A stretch of 64,000 bases of DNA from Massalongia carnosa (taxonomy: Eukaryota): positions 1,736,001-1,800,000 of the forward strand of contig OZ287073.1 in NCBI GenBank assembly GCA_965645245.1. The letters run 5' to 3'. The position numbers were made by a program, and so were the translations under genes. Below, one piece after another: positions 47,452 through 60,298 of this stretch (position 1 is its first letter; each line of letters begins with the position of its first letter). The notes below the pieces were generated by a model, which saw nothing but the letters and a program-made list of their open reading frames with translations, was not told the DNA's origin and ran no database searches.

Positions 47452-49151
47452 ATGGACTTGACCATTCCCTCTGGTTCATCCTTGCTACAGATTCTATTTT
47501 ATGCTTGTAGCCTATACTCGTTCTACTATATCTACTGGGAACTTACAACAGGCGCATCACGCCGTCGTCTGAGCAAGGATAATTGTTGCGGAGTCATCCG
47601 GAAATGGGTGACAAAGGATCCTCTCTTGGGTCTAGATTTCCTTGCGAATACGCTCAGAGCATTGCATAATCATACAGGGCTTGAGTCCAACCGACGGTAT
47701 TATGCTGCTCTTGGCATCAACACGTTTCAGGTCAACATGTTGCGTCAAAACTTCATATTTACCATAGAACCTGAAAATATCAAGACTGTCTTATCATTGG
47801 ACTTTAAATTGTGGAGTATCGGTGTAGATCGAAAAAAATTCTTGAAGCCATTTTTGGGCGACGGGATTCTTACCACCGATGGAGAAGCATGGCAACACTC
47901 CCGCAAAATGTTGCGGCCATTTTTCGCACGTTCGCAGATTGTTGATCTTCAGATGTTTGAGAAACATGTCGATCACCTGATCCAGGCAATACCGCGCGAT
48001 GGCTCCACCATTGACCTGCAAATTCACTTTTTCCGCTCAACGTTCGACATTGCCATCCAGTTCCTCTTCGGTGAAAGCAACATTATCCCTGATGTTCATA
48101 GCGAAAGCTACTTGAAGTTTGTTCAAGCAGTAAATTATTGTCAATACCCTTTCCCTGAAAGCGGAAGATTCAGCTTCGTGAAGTTCTTTCTCCCAGACCT
48201 GCGGTATAAGAGGGAGTGTAAGGTCGTACACGGTTCGTATTTTGTCTACTATTACTTCATGGAGAAGCAACATGTTCTTCGTAATGGTTATGCTAATGTT
48301 TTCGGGCCCTTTAGAATTTACTGATGCTCTAATCGAGAAGGCTTTGACTATTGAGCCCTTAGTCGACTCCAATCAATGCACTTCTCGTCATGCATTTCTT
48401 CACGAGCTACTCTCCCAAACGTCAGACAGGGTTAAAATCCGGTCCGAGCTACTGAACCTTTTTGTTGCAGCCCGAGATACTACGGCTTCTTTGCTATCAA
48501 ACGTATGGTTCGAGCTCTCGAAGCGTCCCGATATCTGGGCTCGTCTCAGAGAAGAACTCGATACCCTTGAAGGCTCGCCTCCATCATATGACCAACTCAA
48601 GGAGAAGAAATACCTTCGCGCGGTGCTGAATGAATCTTTACGCCTCTACCCTATCATCCCCAGCAACAGCCGACAGGCGTTGAGCGACACGGTTCTGCCT
48701 CTTGGCGGCGGCAAGGACGGGCTATCTCCAATTTTGGTGAGAAAGGGGGAAGTTGTCACTTGGGACGTGCATGCCATGCACCGACGCAAAGACTTCTACG
48801 GCAAGGATGCGGAGTGCTTTCGGCCGGAAAGATGGCTAGACACTGATGATCAGAATGGCTTGCGTGTAGGTTGGGAGTTCTTGCCCTTCAACGGAGGACC
48901 TCGGATTTGCATTGGTCGTACGTATTTCCAGCCTTATTTCCTGCTCTATTTGGAATTTAGCTAATGCATAAAGAACAGAACAATTTGCGCTGATGGAAGT
49001 TATTTACTTCACAGTTCGCCTGATGCAGGCATTCTCCGGCTTGGAAAGCCGAGATCCTCTGCCGTGGCGAGAGAAATTCACGCTGTCATGCACTGGATTG
49101 GGAGGGTGCAAAGTTGCCTTGACTCCGGCTACGGCACAGCGACGATCTTGA
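47452..49151 (+). CDS. Cytochrome P450, CYP52-like (alkane/fatty-acid hydroxylase clan); exons 47452-48232, 48315-48917, 48979-49151
   Basis: N-terminal TM, GDGILTTDGEAWQHSRKMLRP, I-helix AARDTTA, ExxR (ESLR), FRPERW, heme motif FNGGPRICIG followed by QQFALME. Two GT-AG introns keep the frame. Confidence 0.93.
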
Positions 49152-50416
49152 GGATGGCTGCAACGAATATAACTAACTTCTCGATCAACATCCTGATCAG
49201 CATTTGCACAAAGAGACTCTGTATACAGACTATGTCCAGCGGCACTTAAAAACCCTCCACTCTTTTGTACATAATCTCTCGCTGCGTTTAGCTTAACCCC
49301 TCGCTCAGCTCAAGATTAGGCCTTTCCAAAGACGTTTTTATCTGAAACTTTAACTTACTCTACTCTAGCTATCAATGACGAACTCCCCTTATTAATCATT
49401 TGCCTGCTTGGTTGCTCGTCCTCGCTCAGCACATCATTATGATCGCACCAAGATTCAAGAGCTTGCCTTGACTGAATCGCTTGAATTATCATACCTGCCT
49501 TCATACTAGGTTATTCCCCCGATTCCGATCCCGTGAACCACCACTGTACTGTACTGACTGTACCTCTTACTCTCCAGAAGTCGAATCCCCCAGGCACGAA
49601 ACTCTATGCTAGTTAGTGCACTAGTTAGCCAGGGCCCACCATACTGTCACTATGTTCCGTAGATAGATTCTGTAGTTCCAATTGAACCTCCACATCCACA
49701 TATCTATCATTCGATGTTCATACCTCGGTACTCATCATCATAGATATCAACTCAGTGGTTAGTTGTTATCCTTTTCGCGAAAGAAATCGAAAAGTACAGA
49801 ATACCCATCTACTCTACTTTACTCTAGAGCATGGGGATTGGGAACTGGAATGTGGTGCCCATCCCAGATCGCCTGCGTGAGTTTTATCGGATAGACAGAT
49901 ATTTACAATGGAGAGGGTTTTAATGGGCCATGTCTTGATGAGGCTCATCACATAGAGGTCGAGGATCGGGACTCTGAAGAAAACATAGGAACTAGTGACT
50001 CATGTCTAGCGCTGGCCATACTCAATTAGAGGATTTAAGAAGGCATCTTGACCAAAATCGTAATCTGGTGAATTTCCCAGAGTTTTCCGAAAATCTGCAA
50101 CTCCGCAGCAAGGCCGTCGGCGGTTGGGTGCTTAACGACCAATGGATTTAGCACAGCGTTTACGGAGTAGGAGATGGAAGTGCCACAGGCTGACTCGGAG
50201 GTTTCGTCCCATCGAATAAATTCAGCCGCACTGCTTCGACCTACCTCGCCACAAAGTATTCATGGTTCATTATCATTCATCGAGCCCGGTCTTCCTCAAA
50301 TTAACAACATTCTGTAACTTAGATGCTTTTCGTCTCTATAACCTATTCGTTTTACTTAAGGTGAACTCCGAGTGGTATTTGAGTCGTCGAAGCCTCTGGT
50401 CTAGATCAGACCACCT

Positions 50417-53400
50417 ATGGCAGACCCTTTGTCAATTGCCGCAAGTTTTGCCGGTCTCATCGCTCTTGCAGAGCTGGTTGTCTGTTGAATCCACAAGTAT
50501 GGACGGGCCGCTGTAGGAGCCAACGAACTGTCCCTTCAGCTCACAGCATTGTTTTGTGTGCTTCAAAGTCCGAAGCTGCTTACATCGCAGATGGAGGGCG
50601 AGCGCTTTGAGAGTACAACACGGCTTTATCACATTTATACTTGTCAGCGGACTTTTGGAGAATATGAAAAGGATCTTGGACAAGCATGACTCGTCGGACT
50701 CTAAGCCATTCAGCACCCTCAAGAAGAATTTCAAGTGGCCATTTTTGAGCGCCGAAAATGCTGTGGCATATTTCTATTGCGATTATAAGATTAGTGCCTC
50801 CCAGGATCCAATCAATATACTAGGCTCGATTGCAAGACAGATGCTGAATAAAACGAGAAGTGTTTTAACACGGCCGAATTTTTTTTTGTAAAATCGCACA
50901 GCCAGCTTGGAAAGAAAATTTTTCCTTTGAGCAGCGAATCGTGATTTGATCTTGGAGATGGCTTCCAACTTTGAGAATGTTATGGTGCTAGTCGATAGGT
51001 TAGATGAGCGCGAAGTTAGGACTTTAGAGGCAAGCTTAAATCGAAAAACTCGAAACATCAAGACTTTATTTCTCAGTAGAGAAAAATATCAAAAAAGCTC
51101 AGTTCCAAAGTTCCTTCGTTGAAGGAAGCTGTTATGAGAAGGCTTGTAGAAGGCGCCTAGGGCATTTGAGTATTTTCAAAAGGACTTTTACTTTTGCTTT
51201 CCAAAACCAGAATTAGTGAAATCTGGGGTTGGAATTAGGTTTCGATGGTAGCATGCCAGCCGGATTATCTTAAAGAACTCCCCACAGCCGCGGCGAAACG
51301 AAAAGCATTGGATTCACTACCACCAGCCTTGGACGGGGGACCTACACACGAATACTCGAGCCAGTGAACAGCAAGCATCAAATCCTTGTTCAACGCGCTC
51401 TAAAGTGGATCGTTGCTTCTCAGCCTACCAAAACCCTTTTATCGACTGCTCTTTGCGAGGCTATTTCCATCGAAGATCACTAATCGCAGTTGAACCAGGA
51501 TCAATTAGCGGACGAAGAGACTGTTTTACTTCATTCTAGCAGCCTTATGAGGAAAAACGTCACGGAGGACAGATTAGAACCTGCCCATTTCACCGTGATA
51601 GGATATCTGCTTGCGATAGACCCTGATGTAATACCACATTTAGCAGCTTATCGCATCAATTCGGTTAATGAAGATACCTATCTCGCCAGGAATTGTTTAA
51701 CATACATTGGGCTGGAGGAGTTCTCCGCACCTTGCGTCTTAAATGAAGAAATTGGCAGACGGTGGCGAGAAGCTTCATTTCGTGAACATGCAATAAAATA
51801 TTGGCCGGGTTACGCGCGATTTCATGGTCAGGATCTCAGGGTTCTACAGCTCGAAAAGTTATCCAGCCATATCCGTGCCACCCACATCGCTCGGGCCTCG
51901 CTTATATTATTTCGTGAGTTTTAGAACTTATGTATATTCATGCTTTTGAGACGAAAGAAGGGTTGGAGGATGAAAGTCTTAGGCTAAACGCGTCAGAATG
52001 AAACTCGCCTCCCCGCTTCAGCTCGTAGCCATCTTTCGGATGCCTGAGCTTTGCAGTTGGCTTTTGAGTCAAGGCTGTGAGATGAATCTACAGGGATCCA
52101 TGGGCAATGCTTACTTCATTGTGCGCTTTCGTGGCTTTGATTCTTTATTCGACTTCGATATTTTCTACCCGAGATACGATTCTAATCAGAACGCGAGCAG
52201 CGTTGTTGCGATTTGTTGAACGCCGGTGTCAGTATACATCAAGCATGTAAAAATAATCTACTACAGGCAGGGTACAATCCTACAGGTATTGCCCTATATC
52301 ATTCGCATGCGAGCCCTGAAATAGTCATTCAACTTTTGAGAGCAGGCGCATATCTTGACTCCAGGTGCATCGAAAAAATAGTAACTGGGTTATTGAGCTG
52401 GGTCAAAGTACTGCAACACATCAAAGATGAAAATGTTAGCCAATTGGATCCTGCAGAATGAAGGAAGGCCAAAATATTGTGCGCGAATTCATCTCGAACG
52501 AATATATCCTTGCTAGAAGTATCTTACTCTTCCATAACGAAAGCTGAAAATGACTTGTTAAACGAATCATTTTGGATCGCCATCAAAGATTGATTATGTT
52601 GATATTGTACGAAAAAACCTATGGAATAGAGAAACCAGTGTAAATCATGTCGAAGAAGCCTCTGGCATGACGGCGTTGCATACTTCCATCACATATCAAA
52701 GCATTGGCTGTACGCGGATTTTGTTAGATGAAGGAGTCCATGTCTCTCAAACTCATCTAAGGCAAACTCTTGTTAAAGCGATTGATAATGAGGATTATGA
52801 TTTATTTAGTAGTCTCTGCGACAACGTAGTCTTAAGATCTGACGTCTCTCATCCATTCGACGTGCTCGTCAACGGGTGCACACCCTTCGTATACGCTCTC
52901 GAACGAGCACGCCCAGATATCGCAGAACTGCGCAGAACTGTTAGCCAGTGCAGGAGCCACGCTTTTCGGACGGGCAAGCAAGAGATCGCCACTTGAGCAC
53001 AGGGATTACACGCCATTTCAATTTTAATCCTAACATTACCCAAATACTTTTAGAGAAAGCGCCCGAAATGCTTCACTGGGATGCCCCAATGCACGCACTG
53101 GAAGTTGCCGCATTCCATGGCAATACGAGTTTTCTACATGCGACGCTTGAATATTTGATATGACTGGTGACAGGAAATTTGCTCATAACTAAAATTTAAC
53201 CCGAATCACGAAATTGGTTACACTTGGCGGAAACGGTGATTCTAGTCTTACGACGACTTGGTTCAATATCGAAGCAGAAGCCTTATCGCCGAAGACAATT
53301 ATAGGTTAACAAAACCACAGCTATCAACCAAGGTCTACAGCTCTTCACCTCGCGGTAGACTTAGGTGTAGTCGACGCTGCTCGGCTAATCTAAGATGCTA

Positions 53401-54323
53401 GGGCTAACGTGGAGGCTTTAGATGAGCTACAGCGATCGCCCTTACATGTAGCGCTCAAGGGTTCTTCTCATGAAATGAGACATCTACTTCTAGCTCGTGG
53501 AGCTAGCTCTCGCGCTTGTGATTATAATATGAGAACACTAGCCATGAATGCTGCCTGAAGTGGATTTTTGGAATGTCTTCAAGTTCTTGAGGCTCATGGA
53601 GCTGACCTAGATGCGTGGGATATCTATGACTGCTCTGCATTGTAGTATGCATTAGCTAACAATCATGCGGAAGTCTTTGCCTTTCTCCTCACCAAGAAGT
53701 CATTCCGGCAACTCCAAAGCGAGTAGGGACCTTTACTTCTCAAGTTCATCGACTTTCCCGATAAGATTAAAGCATGTATCCTTCGCTCAGATGTTGACAT
53801 GTCCAGATTGAACCCAGACAGGGGAAGCATTCTTCATTTATCCTGGATTCCGAGTGAAAGCTCCTTGGTCAAAAGAATCCTAAAAAGGACGTTCAAGTCA
53901 AACTTGCCCAAGGTCTTAAACTCCAAGCCGACCCCCAAACCTACGCCCCTTTACGGCGCCGCCTGTGCAGGCGCGTGCAACATCATCGACATTTTTCTAG
54001 CCTATGGTGCAGATCTCGAGGTCGAAGGCGGAGAACACGGCACTCCCCTGATGGTAGCAGCTGTTGCAGGCCGCACGGAAGTCGTCAAGCACCTAGTCCG
54101 CAAAGGCGCGCGGATTTGCTACTCTAAGGACGACGAGATTGTGAGCGCCATTAGGAAAGCAAGAGATCATGCCGAGATTAAACAGTGGCTGTTGGTAGGA
54201 CGGTTTTCTGGGAGCAGAGGGTATATCGAGTTTGAGATTAGTAAGGGAGAGAGTTTCTTGATGTATGGAAGGATATTCAGGAGTAGTCACAGTTCTCAGC
54301 GTCAGATCAACAAGTTTGGATGA
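50417..54323 (+). pseudogene. Decayed NLR-like (STAND) gene: HeLo-like/SesA-type N-terminus, NACHT remnants, ankyrin repeats
   Basis: MADPLSIAASFAGLIALAELV start, FKWPF, VAYFYCDYK, Walker-B-like VLVDRLDE, LDSLPPAL, HFTV, and many ankyrin remnants (TPLYGAA, HGTPLMVAA). Numerous stops and frameshifts; no P-loop found. Confidence 0.85.
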
Positions 54324-54934
54324 ATCCCACAGTACATAAATCTTTTATACGTTTCATCATTCCCAACAAGATCTACCAAAGCATCCGCATTAAATCCTGA
54401 TGCATTGCTGAGAGTGCTTTTAAACTCCCAAAGGATCCCACTTCCCGTCTCCTGACAATCCACTACGCACGCACCCGCGGGCTGTATGACGAAATAATCG
54501 CATCACTATTATAGTAAATGCAGCTAGCTTCTAGAGCTTTTATGTGTAAATTGTCTAGATTTTTAACTATCAGCCATCCTCCATCCTCCACCTTTAACCC
54601 CTCGTCTATCTCCTCTACCCTCAATCATTCATCCTCCTTCTAGCCATAACCCTAAACACAAAACCCACGCACCGACGATGTAGAACGCCTTGACGAAACC
54701 GAGTTACAAGATTCTTTCATATGACACGAAGCATACGTATTTACTCTGTAGATACGAGTCCGAGGGAGATAACTAGATCATGGGGGACTTTCGTGGCGCT
54801 GGTTTGTACTGTAACTCTGAAAACTAACTACTCTAGTTACATGATTGCCATAATAAGAATCAGGTGCGGGGTGAAGTAGTTTGCAGACATTGACTAGTTA
54901 GGGATCAGGTCGTTATGCGGGTACGAAGGGGGTG

Positions 54935-54988
54935 TGTAGTGTATAGTTCGTTTGTAGTGTATAGTTCGTTTGTAGTGTATAGTTCGTT
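54935..54988. repeat. Three perfect tandem copies of the 18-mer TGTAGTGTATAGTTCGTT
   Basis: Read directly from the sequence. Confidence 0.95.
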
Positions 54989-55024
54989 TAGGAGAGATGG
55001 GAGAACGTTTAACGGAATAGTTGC

Positions 55025-55225
55025 CTCAGTACCTCAGACGTGCCCGGCTAAGCCCCTTCGGGTTAGCCTTACAGAACGTTAAGCCCCTTCGGGTTAACAG
55101 GCAGCACAGTGCTATCGCAGCCACGTTAGTCAGCTGGGACGCTAATCCGAAGGAGCTTAGCGAAATAGGCTAACCCGGAGGGGCTTAGACGACTCTTAGA
55201 GCCCACGCACGTCTGAGGTACTGAG
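55025..55225. mobile_element. MITE-like non-autonomous element (~200 bp)
   Basis: Perfect 19-bp inverted repeat CTCAGTACCTCAGACGTGC. Four internal copies of the 17-mer TAAGCCCCTTCGGGTTA (two per orientation). No ORF; TSD not evident. Confidence 0.8.
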
Positions 55226-55932
55226 AGATAGAGCGGATGACCAATCATGAGATGAGGGCTTTACCTAACAAAGTTAGATCTCCCGTCTTCGCGTCATCCC
55301 GGCATCGGCATTCGGTATCGCGAGTACCCGCCAAGCCAGTCGCCAAATAGCGGTAGATGCACGCAACCTCGAACGGACGGGAAGTACGTTTGCCCACCTC
55401 CAGAGCTAGAGCTCCCTCATTACCCCCCCTTACGCTTCATGTATGTACTCATCCTCCTGATCGATTCGTGCATCCACAAGGTACATATTCTGTAGTGCAT
55501 TCTGCAACTTCTCCAGTTCCGCATCCTGTCTCTGGATCGCGTGTGCAATCACGAGCGTGGAAAACAGGATGGAACAACTCGGTCGGAACCAATAAGATGA
55601 GCCTCCTCGCGAACCCTCCGGCTATGTTTACCCCCCGCGGAAAGATATCATCCTGTCCTTTTCGTTCTGGTACATGATGCTCACCCCGCACGGAAGAAGC
55701 AAGGAAATAGCTCTCTTGCTTTCCAAGATTGGCCTACATGGCCAGACCATTTAGTCGAATCGCCTCCCCGTCCTATGCTTTGTGGACCTTCAATCCTGAT
55801 CCTTTGCCCTCCAACGCTGTTTTTTCTCTTCTACTTCATTCAATTTATCCCAACGTTCTTTCGACCTTTGGTTCTGCTCTGAGTTCTACTACAGCGTTGA
55901 TACTATCAGAACACTAGCTTGGCTGTTGAAGA

Positions 55933-57100
55933 ATGTCGACCAACATCGCCCACAACGATTCCTCGCTGGAAAAGAACTACCCGAACCGTACCAACCCTAA
56001 CAATGGGGTTGGGAATCCATACCAGACGGCCGAGGATGAGAGCAGCGAGGCAGCTCTGAACAACGTGCGTACCGCAACCAGCGTCAACATGAGCCCTGAA
56101 CTCTTCGAGAAACTGTACCTCTCGCCTGAGAATAGAGTGAAGGGGGACCTTCGCAGGACCTTTGGGAACCCAACTCCAGTGTAAGTGACATTACATCCCT
56201 GCGGTGCATATGGCTCATCGTGTATCTAGTGCTCTTGTCGGCTTCGTCCTGGCGTTGACGCCTCTCTCGTGCGATCTGATGGGCTGGCGTGGTGCCGGCG
56301 GCACAGGGGCAGCCTCCACCGGTGAGCGTGGCAACAAACAGCCATAGAAGTTAAATGCTCACAAAGAAATCCCTTCTCAGGCCTTTATTTCTTCTTTGGC
56401 GGGCTCCTCATGATTCTTGGCTCAATCGGTGAATGGATACTTGGCAACACCTTTCCTTGCGTCGTTTTCGGCACCTTTGGTATGCTATCTCCACCGAGCA
56501 ACAGCGCCTCTTGGAAAAAGCCGAGCTAACTTCTTGCAGGAGCCTTCTTCGCCGCCTTTGCCGCTACCCTCGTCCCTTGGTTCAACGCCTTCGGCGCGTA
56601 TGTAGCGGATCCAACTAAACCTGCCTCCGCCGGGCTGCAAACCCCCACCTTCAACGCAAGCTTTGGGTTCTTTTTCCTGTTCATGGGTAAGCGAAGACCG
56701 ATAAGACCCATCTAGATGTATCTTCTCCCGTATTGGAGCTAAACTCTACCGACCAGGCGTAATCTGTTTCATCTTCCTCGTCTGCTCCCTCCGCACCAAC
56801 GTGGTCTTCGTCGTCATTTTCATCTCCGTGGTTCTCGCCTTCTGCTGCCTGACGGGCGCCTACTGGCACCTGGCCCTCGTGTACGCAAACGCCTCCAACC
56901 CGAGCGCGGCCGCCACCGCGGGGAAACTGGTCAAAGCCGCCGGAGGCTGTTTCTTCGTCACCTCCCTGGCGGGCTGGTATATCTTCTTCGCCATCATGCT
57001 GGCGTCGGTGGACTTCCCCCTGCAGATCCCCGTCGGCGACCTGTCGACTGTGATCAAGGGCGCTAGCGCGAAGAAGCTGGTAGACAAGTCCGCCGTCTAG
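55933..57100 (+). CDS. GPR1/FUN34/YaaH (ATO/SatP) family acetate/ammonia transporter, multi-exon
   Basis: [66 protein letters not shown]. Several short GT-AG introns. Confidence 0.92.
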
Positions 57101-57937
57101 AATCGTTAAGGGGACAAGCAAATTTTTACCCTACGTAGAGGGTGACGTATATGCTCAAACTGGGGGCTGTGGATTTCTCCCCTTTATATACCATGATAGG
57201 ATGATTCGGTTTATTTGCACAATTAGCAAGGGTCTTTCTTGCATTGCGTGTTGATCTTGATTTCCATACAAAATAAAACTTGACCGATCGATCGTACGGT
57301 TAATGGCCTCGCATAGAATGCACTCTAAACCCAATTGAAACACTCGCAAAACCCCAACCACGCTTAACTGCACTTTCTTGCCTCGTTCGATGGGTGTTTG
57401 ATGTAAACATGGGACGCGTCTCCCCCATCTCACCGGCTTCAAGATTGATGCAAGCGATGATGATGATGCTCGCTACTCGCTATACAGCCCAAGACCGGAT
57501 AGATCAGTTGACTGCAGTCAACCAGATCGTAGCTATATTCCGCATCACGCAATCCGCAACCATAAATCATGATATCTTCTACTACACCCTTGTCGTCTCA
57601 ATCCCCCCGAGGCATAGCCAGTCCTATAGCATTTAATAAAAGAAAAAAAAATAAAATTAAGACCCCTCAAGAACACGACCCTAACCTACGGAATCTTTGA
57701 CCGAGATACTCATGAATAATGCCCGGAATGCGGGGACTGGGTCATGGTTAAAGAGACGATAGGCAATTCGTCGAATCCGGTAGTTCTTGAATGGCGCTAA
57801 AGAAAACTGCTTCAAAAAACAGGCAAAACGGTAGATGGTTCTTGAAAACTTTGTGGCCGGATATCGAGGGGAGGGTGGCCTAGTCTGTTGTCATCATAAA
57901 ACCCGAGTCACCAGCTGTTTTCCATCATGGAAAGCGC

Positions 57938-59575
57938 TCATGGTAGATTCTCCACCGAATCCCCCTTCAAATCCCCTCCTAGAACCTCCTTGGCGAACCA
58001 AGGTTTGTACTCCTCGTCTACCCATTTCGCAAGTCTTCTTACCGCTGTCACGACCTGGTAAATACCCAAGACCGAATTCGTCCGTCCCAGTTCCAAATCT
58101 TTCAAAATCACTACTCTATGATCCGCCATTGCCTCTGCAATCATCAATATCCAATTATGACCCTGCACAACCAACAGTGGGAGCACAGGCAAAGACGCGG
58201 ATCCTTTGGCAAGCTGCCTTAGCCGTGCGAAATGTGCCGAGACCCATGTTCCCAACTGCATATGTGCGTCATCTTCATCCACCGCTGCGCGCTTCGTCTC
58301 GATGCTTACGGCGATAGGCAAGAATCTAACATATTCCGCCATTGTATGATTTATGCTCCCTTTGCCCTCGGCACGTAACCTGAATATAATCTGCTGATGC
58401 AATTCCCGGGAAGGGTCGATCACAAGCGCATAATCGATCATTTCGGTATTCGTAGCCGAACCAGAGGCAGTGGTGGGCAAAAGAGATAAATCGTGGATCT
58501 TGGCAGTCGTGACGTCGCAGTACCAAACGCCCTTGACTTTCCACCAACCGCGGAGAGCTAGTCGGAGCAGCGTCGAGTGCACCTCGCTATTCCATTCAGA
58601 CTCGGAAGACCTTTTGTTCTCACATTCCATCGCTGCGTCCAGAACCTCAAGCACACGTTCCCAGAAACTCTCATGACTCAAACAACCATTGGCAACCGTA
58701 TTCTGTTCAGGCTCCTCCGTTCCAACGGAAAAGTTGGTATCGTCCATAAAAAGATTATCTATAATTGTGTTTACTGTTGATTTTACAGCCCCCGGTACCA
58801 CCGCCTTTCCATTAGAGATCATTCGTAAATCCCGATATAAGTCTTTCGCTCCAGCTGGTATGGGATAACCAGGTGTCCCAATCGCCTTCATTTCAATTTG
58901 GGCGTCGGTAAGCTGAAGGTCACCCATACGTTTTGTAGGACAACGCGAGCGCGGATTGGTATTACTGGTACTTTTTAATCCTGTGGTGGCATCACTTGTG
59001 GTCGATCTAGTGGGCGAATCAGCAGCGAGTAGGTCGGCTGGAGCCGGGAGTGGCCGTAGCAGGTCGAAGGAACTAAAGGCAGCTTCTAGGCGTGGAACTG
59101 CGCTTAGGGATTGCGGCCTGGGAATTATGTATTGATCTTGGTAAACGGATGAGGAGTCGCGGTGAATAGGGGAAGTTAAAGGTGACCGAGCTGGGGCAGG
59201 TAAACGCGCTTTGCGCGGTGAGATAGTCTTTGGATTTGACAGCTTATCTACTGCCGGCTTCTCGCTGGCTTTCTGGGGAGGGGCTTGACGAGGTGAAGAT
59301 TTGTCACGATCCATTATGTTCCCGCTGGTCTTGCGAGGGCGTAATGCGTGTTGGTAGGTTTCTTTGCACCGGACAATCGACAGTTTCTCGGAATGATAAT
59401 CTTTAGGATGATCAGGATGACCCTTGAGCCAGTTGAAAACACGGCTGATATCTACAATAGGTGCCTCAATATGGAGATTTGAACGTGAGGAAGGCATGAT
59501 GTACAAGTTGAGAACGACTATTATCATGCCAAAGTCAAAGAGTGGATAAAAGTACGGTGGACTATGACCAAGCAT
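57938..59575 (-). CDS. Fungal PD-(D/E)XK nuclease-like protein (true start may be MPSS at 59498)
   Basis: Intronless 545-codon ORF with a Ser/Pro-rich N-terminal half. C-terminal motifs ESEWNSEVH, MIDYAL, IAVSIETKR, A..QLGTW, VQGHNW. Confidence 0.8.
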   Translation of the reverse strand: MLGHSPPYFYPLFDFGMIIVVLNLYIMPSSRSNLHIEAPIVDISRVFNWLKGHPDHPKDYHSEKLSIVRCKETYQHALRPRKTSGNIMDRDKSSPRQAPPQKASEKPAVDKLSNPKTISPRKARLPAPARSPLTSPIHRDSSSVYQDQYIIPRPQSLSAVPRLEAAFSSFDLLRPLPAPADLLAADSPTRSTTSDATTGLKSTSNTNPRSRCPTKRMGDLQLTDAQIEMKAIGTPGYPIPAGAKDLYRDLRMISNGKAVVPGAVKSTVNTIIDNLFMDDTNFSVGTEEPEQNTVANGCLSHESFWERVLEVLDAAMECENKRSSESEWNSEVHSTLLRLALRGWWKVKGVWYCDVTTAKIHDLSLLPTTASGSATNTEMIDYALVIDPSRELHQQIIFRLRAEGKGSINHTMAEYVRFLPIAVSIETKRAAVDEDDAHMQLGTWVSAHFARLRQLAKGSASLPVLPLLVVQGHNWILMIAEAMADHRVVILKDLELGRTNSVLGIYQVVTAVRRLAKWVDEEYKPWFAKEVLGGDLKGDSVENLP

Positions 59576-59730
59576 TCACGTCTCGGATTCCCTTGACAAG
59601 CCTAGCCAAGCCTCCTCGACAGATTCATTCGTTTCATGTTTGTAACGTTGCCGTCGTTTGATATAATCAAAATATCATGTTGTTGAGTTTTTCGTTATGA
59701 GTTTCAACGTTTATTTCTGACGTATTATTT

Positions 59731-59813
59731 ATCGCACAAACGTTAGTCAACTGCGATGCCAACTCAAAGGGATTTAGCAATTAGGCTAACGCACGTCTGA
59801 GGTTCTGAAGCAA
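59731..59813. repeat. Degenerate copy of the right half of the 55 kb MITE-like element
   Basis: TATCGCA..ACGTTAGTCA(A/G)CTG..TTAGC..TAGGCTAAC..GCACGTCTGAGGT(T/A)CTGA aligns with 55114-55225, with an internal deletion. Confidence 0.7.
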
Positions 59814-60298
59814 AACCAACATATCGAGTACATCAATTGGCTTTGCTATCCCTCTCGCAGAATGGCATCACCCGCCCAATTTGTATGCGGAAAAATCTGA
59901 TTCCTGGTGGGGTGGCGCCATTCTGCTATGTTAGCGAGAGAGATGCTCTGTAAGCTTCTTTCATGTTAGGATGATTGAATGTTAAAGTGTGAGGAGATCT
60001 TTTTGAGGATAGGATATTTACTTGTTCTGCCTTCAGTATGACGTCTGCTCACAATCATACGGCTAATATCTAAGGTCTATGTGGCAGGAGCGAGCGGTTG
60101 GAAAAGCTCAGTCTCTAGAAGTACAATTCTCAACGGTTGCCTGTACGAAGAAACCACGAATGAGAAAGACACGAGAGAGATATCAGCGGCGTCAGGAGTC
60201 TTAGGTCAAGAATACATGTCATTTAAATGGAGTACCAGCGATAACACTTCCCGTTACTGGCCCCTCTGAAATCACTTTCCAAAGTCCCTAACTGAAGA

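Noticed and set aside
49250..50400. Long non-coding stretch between the P450 and the NLR-like pseudogene
   Set aside because: No tRNA, TIR, LTR or ORF signal could be supported by eye.
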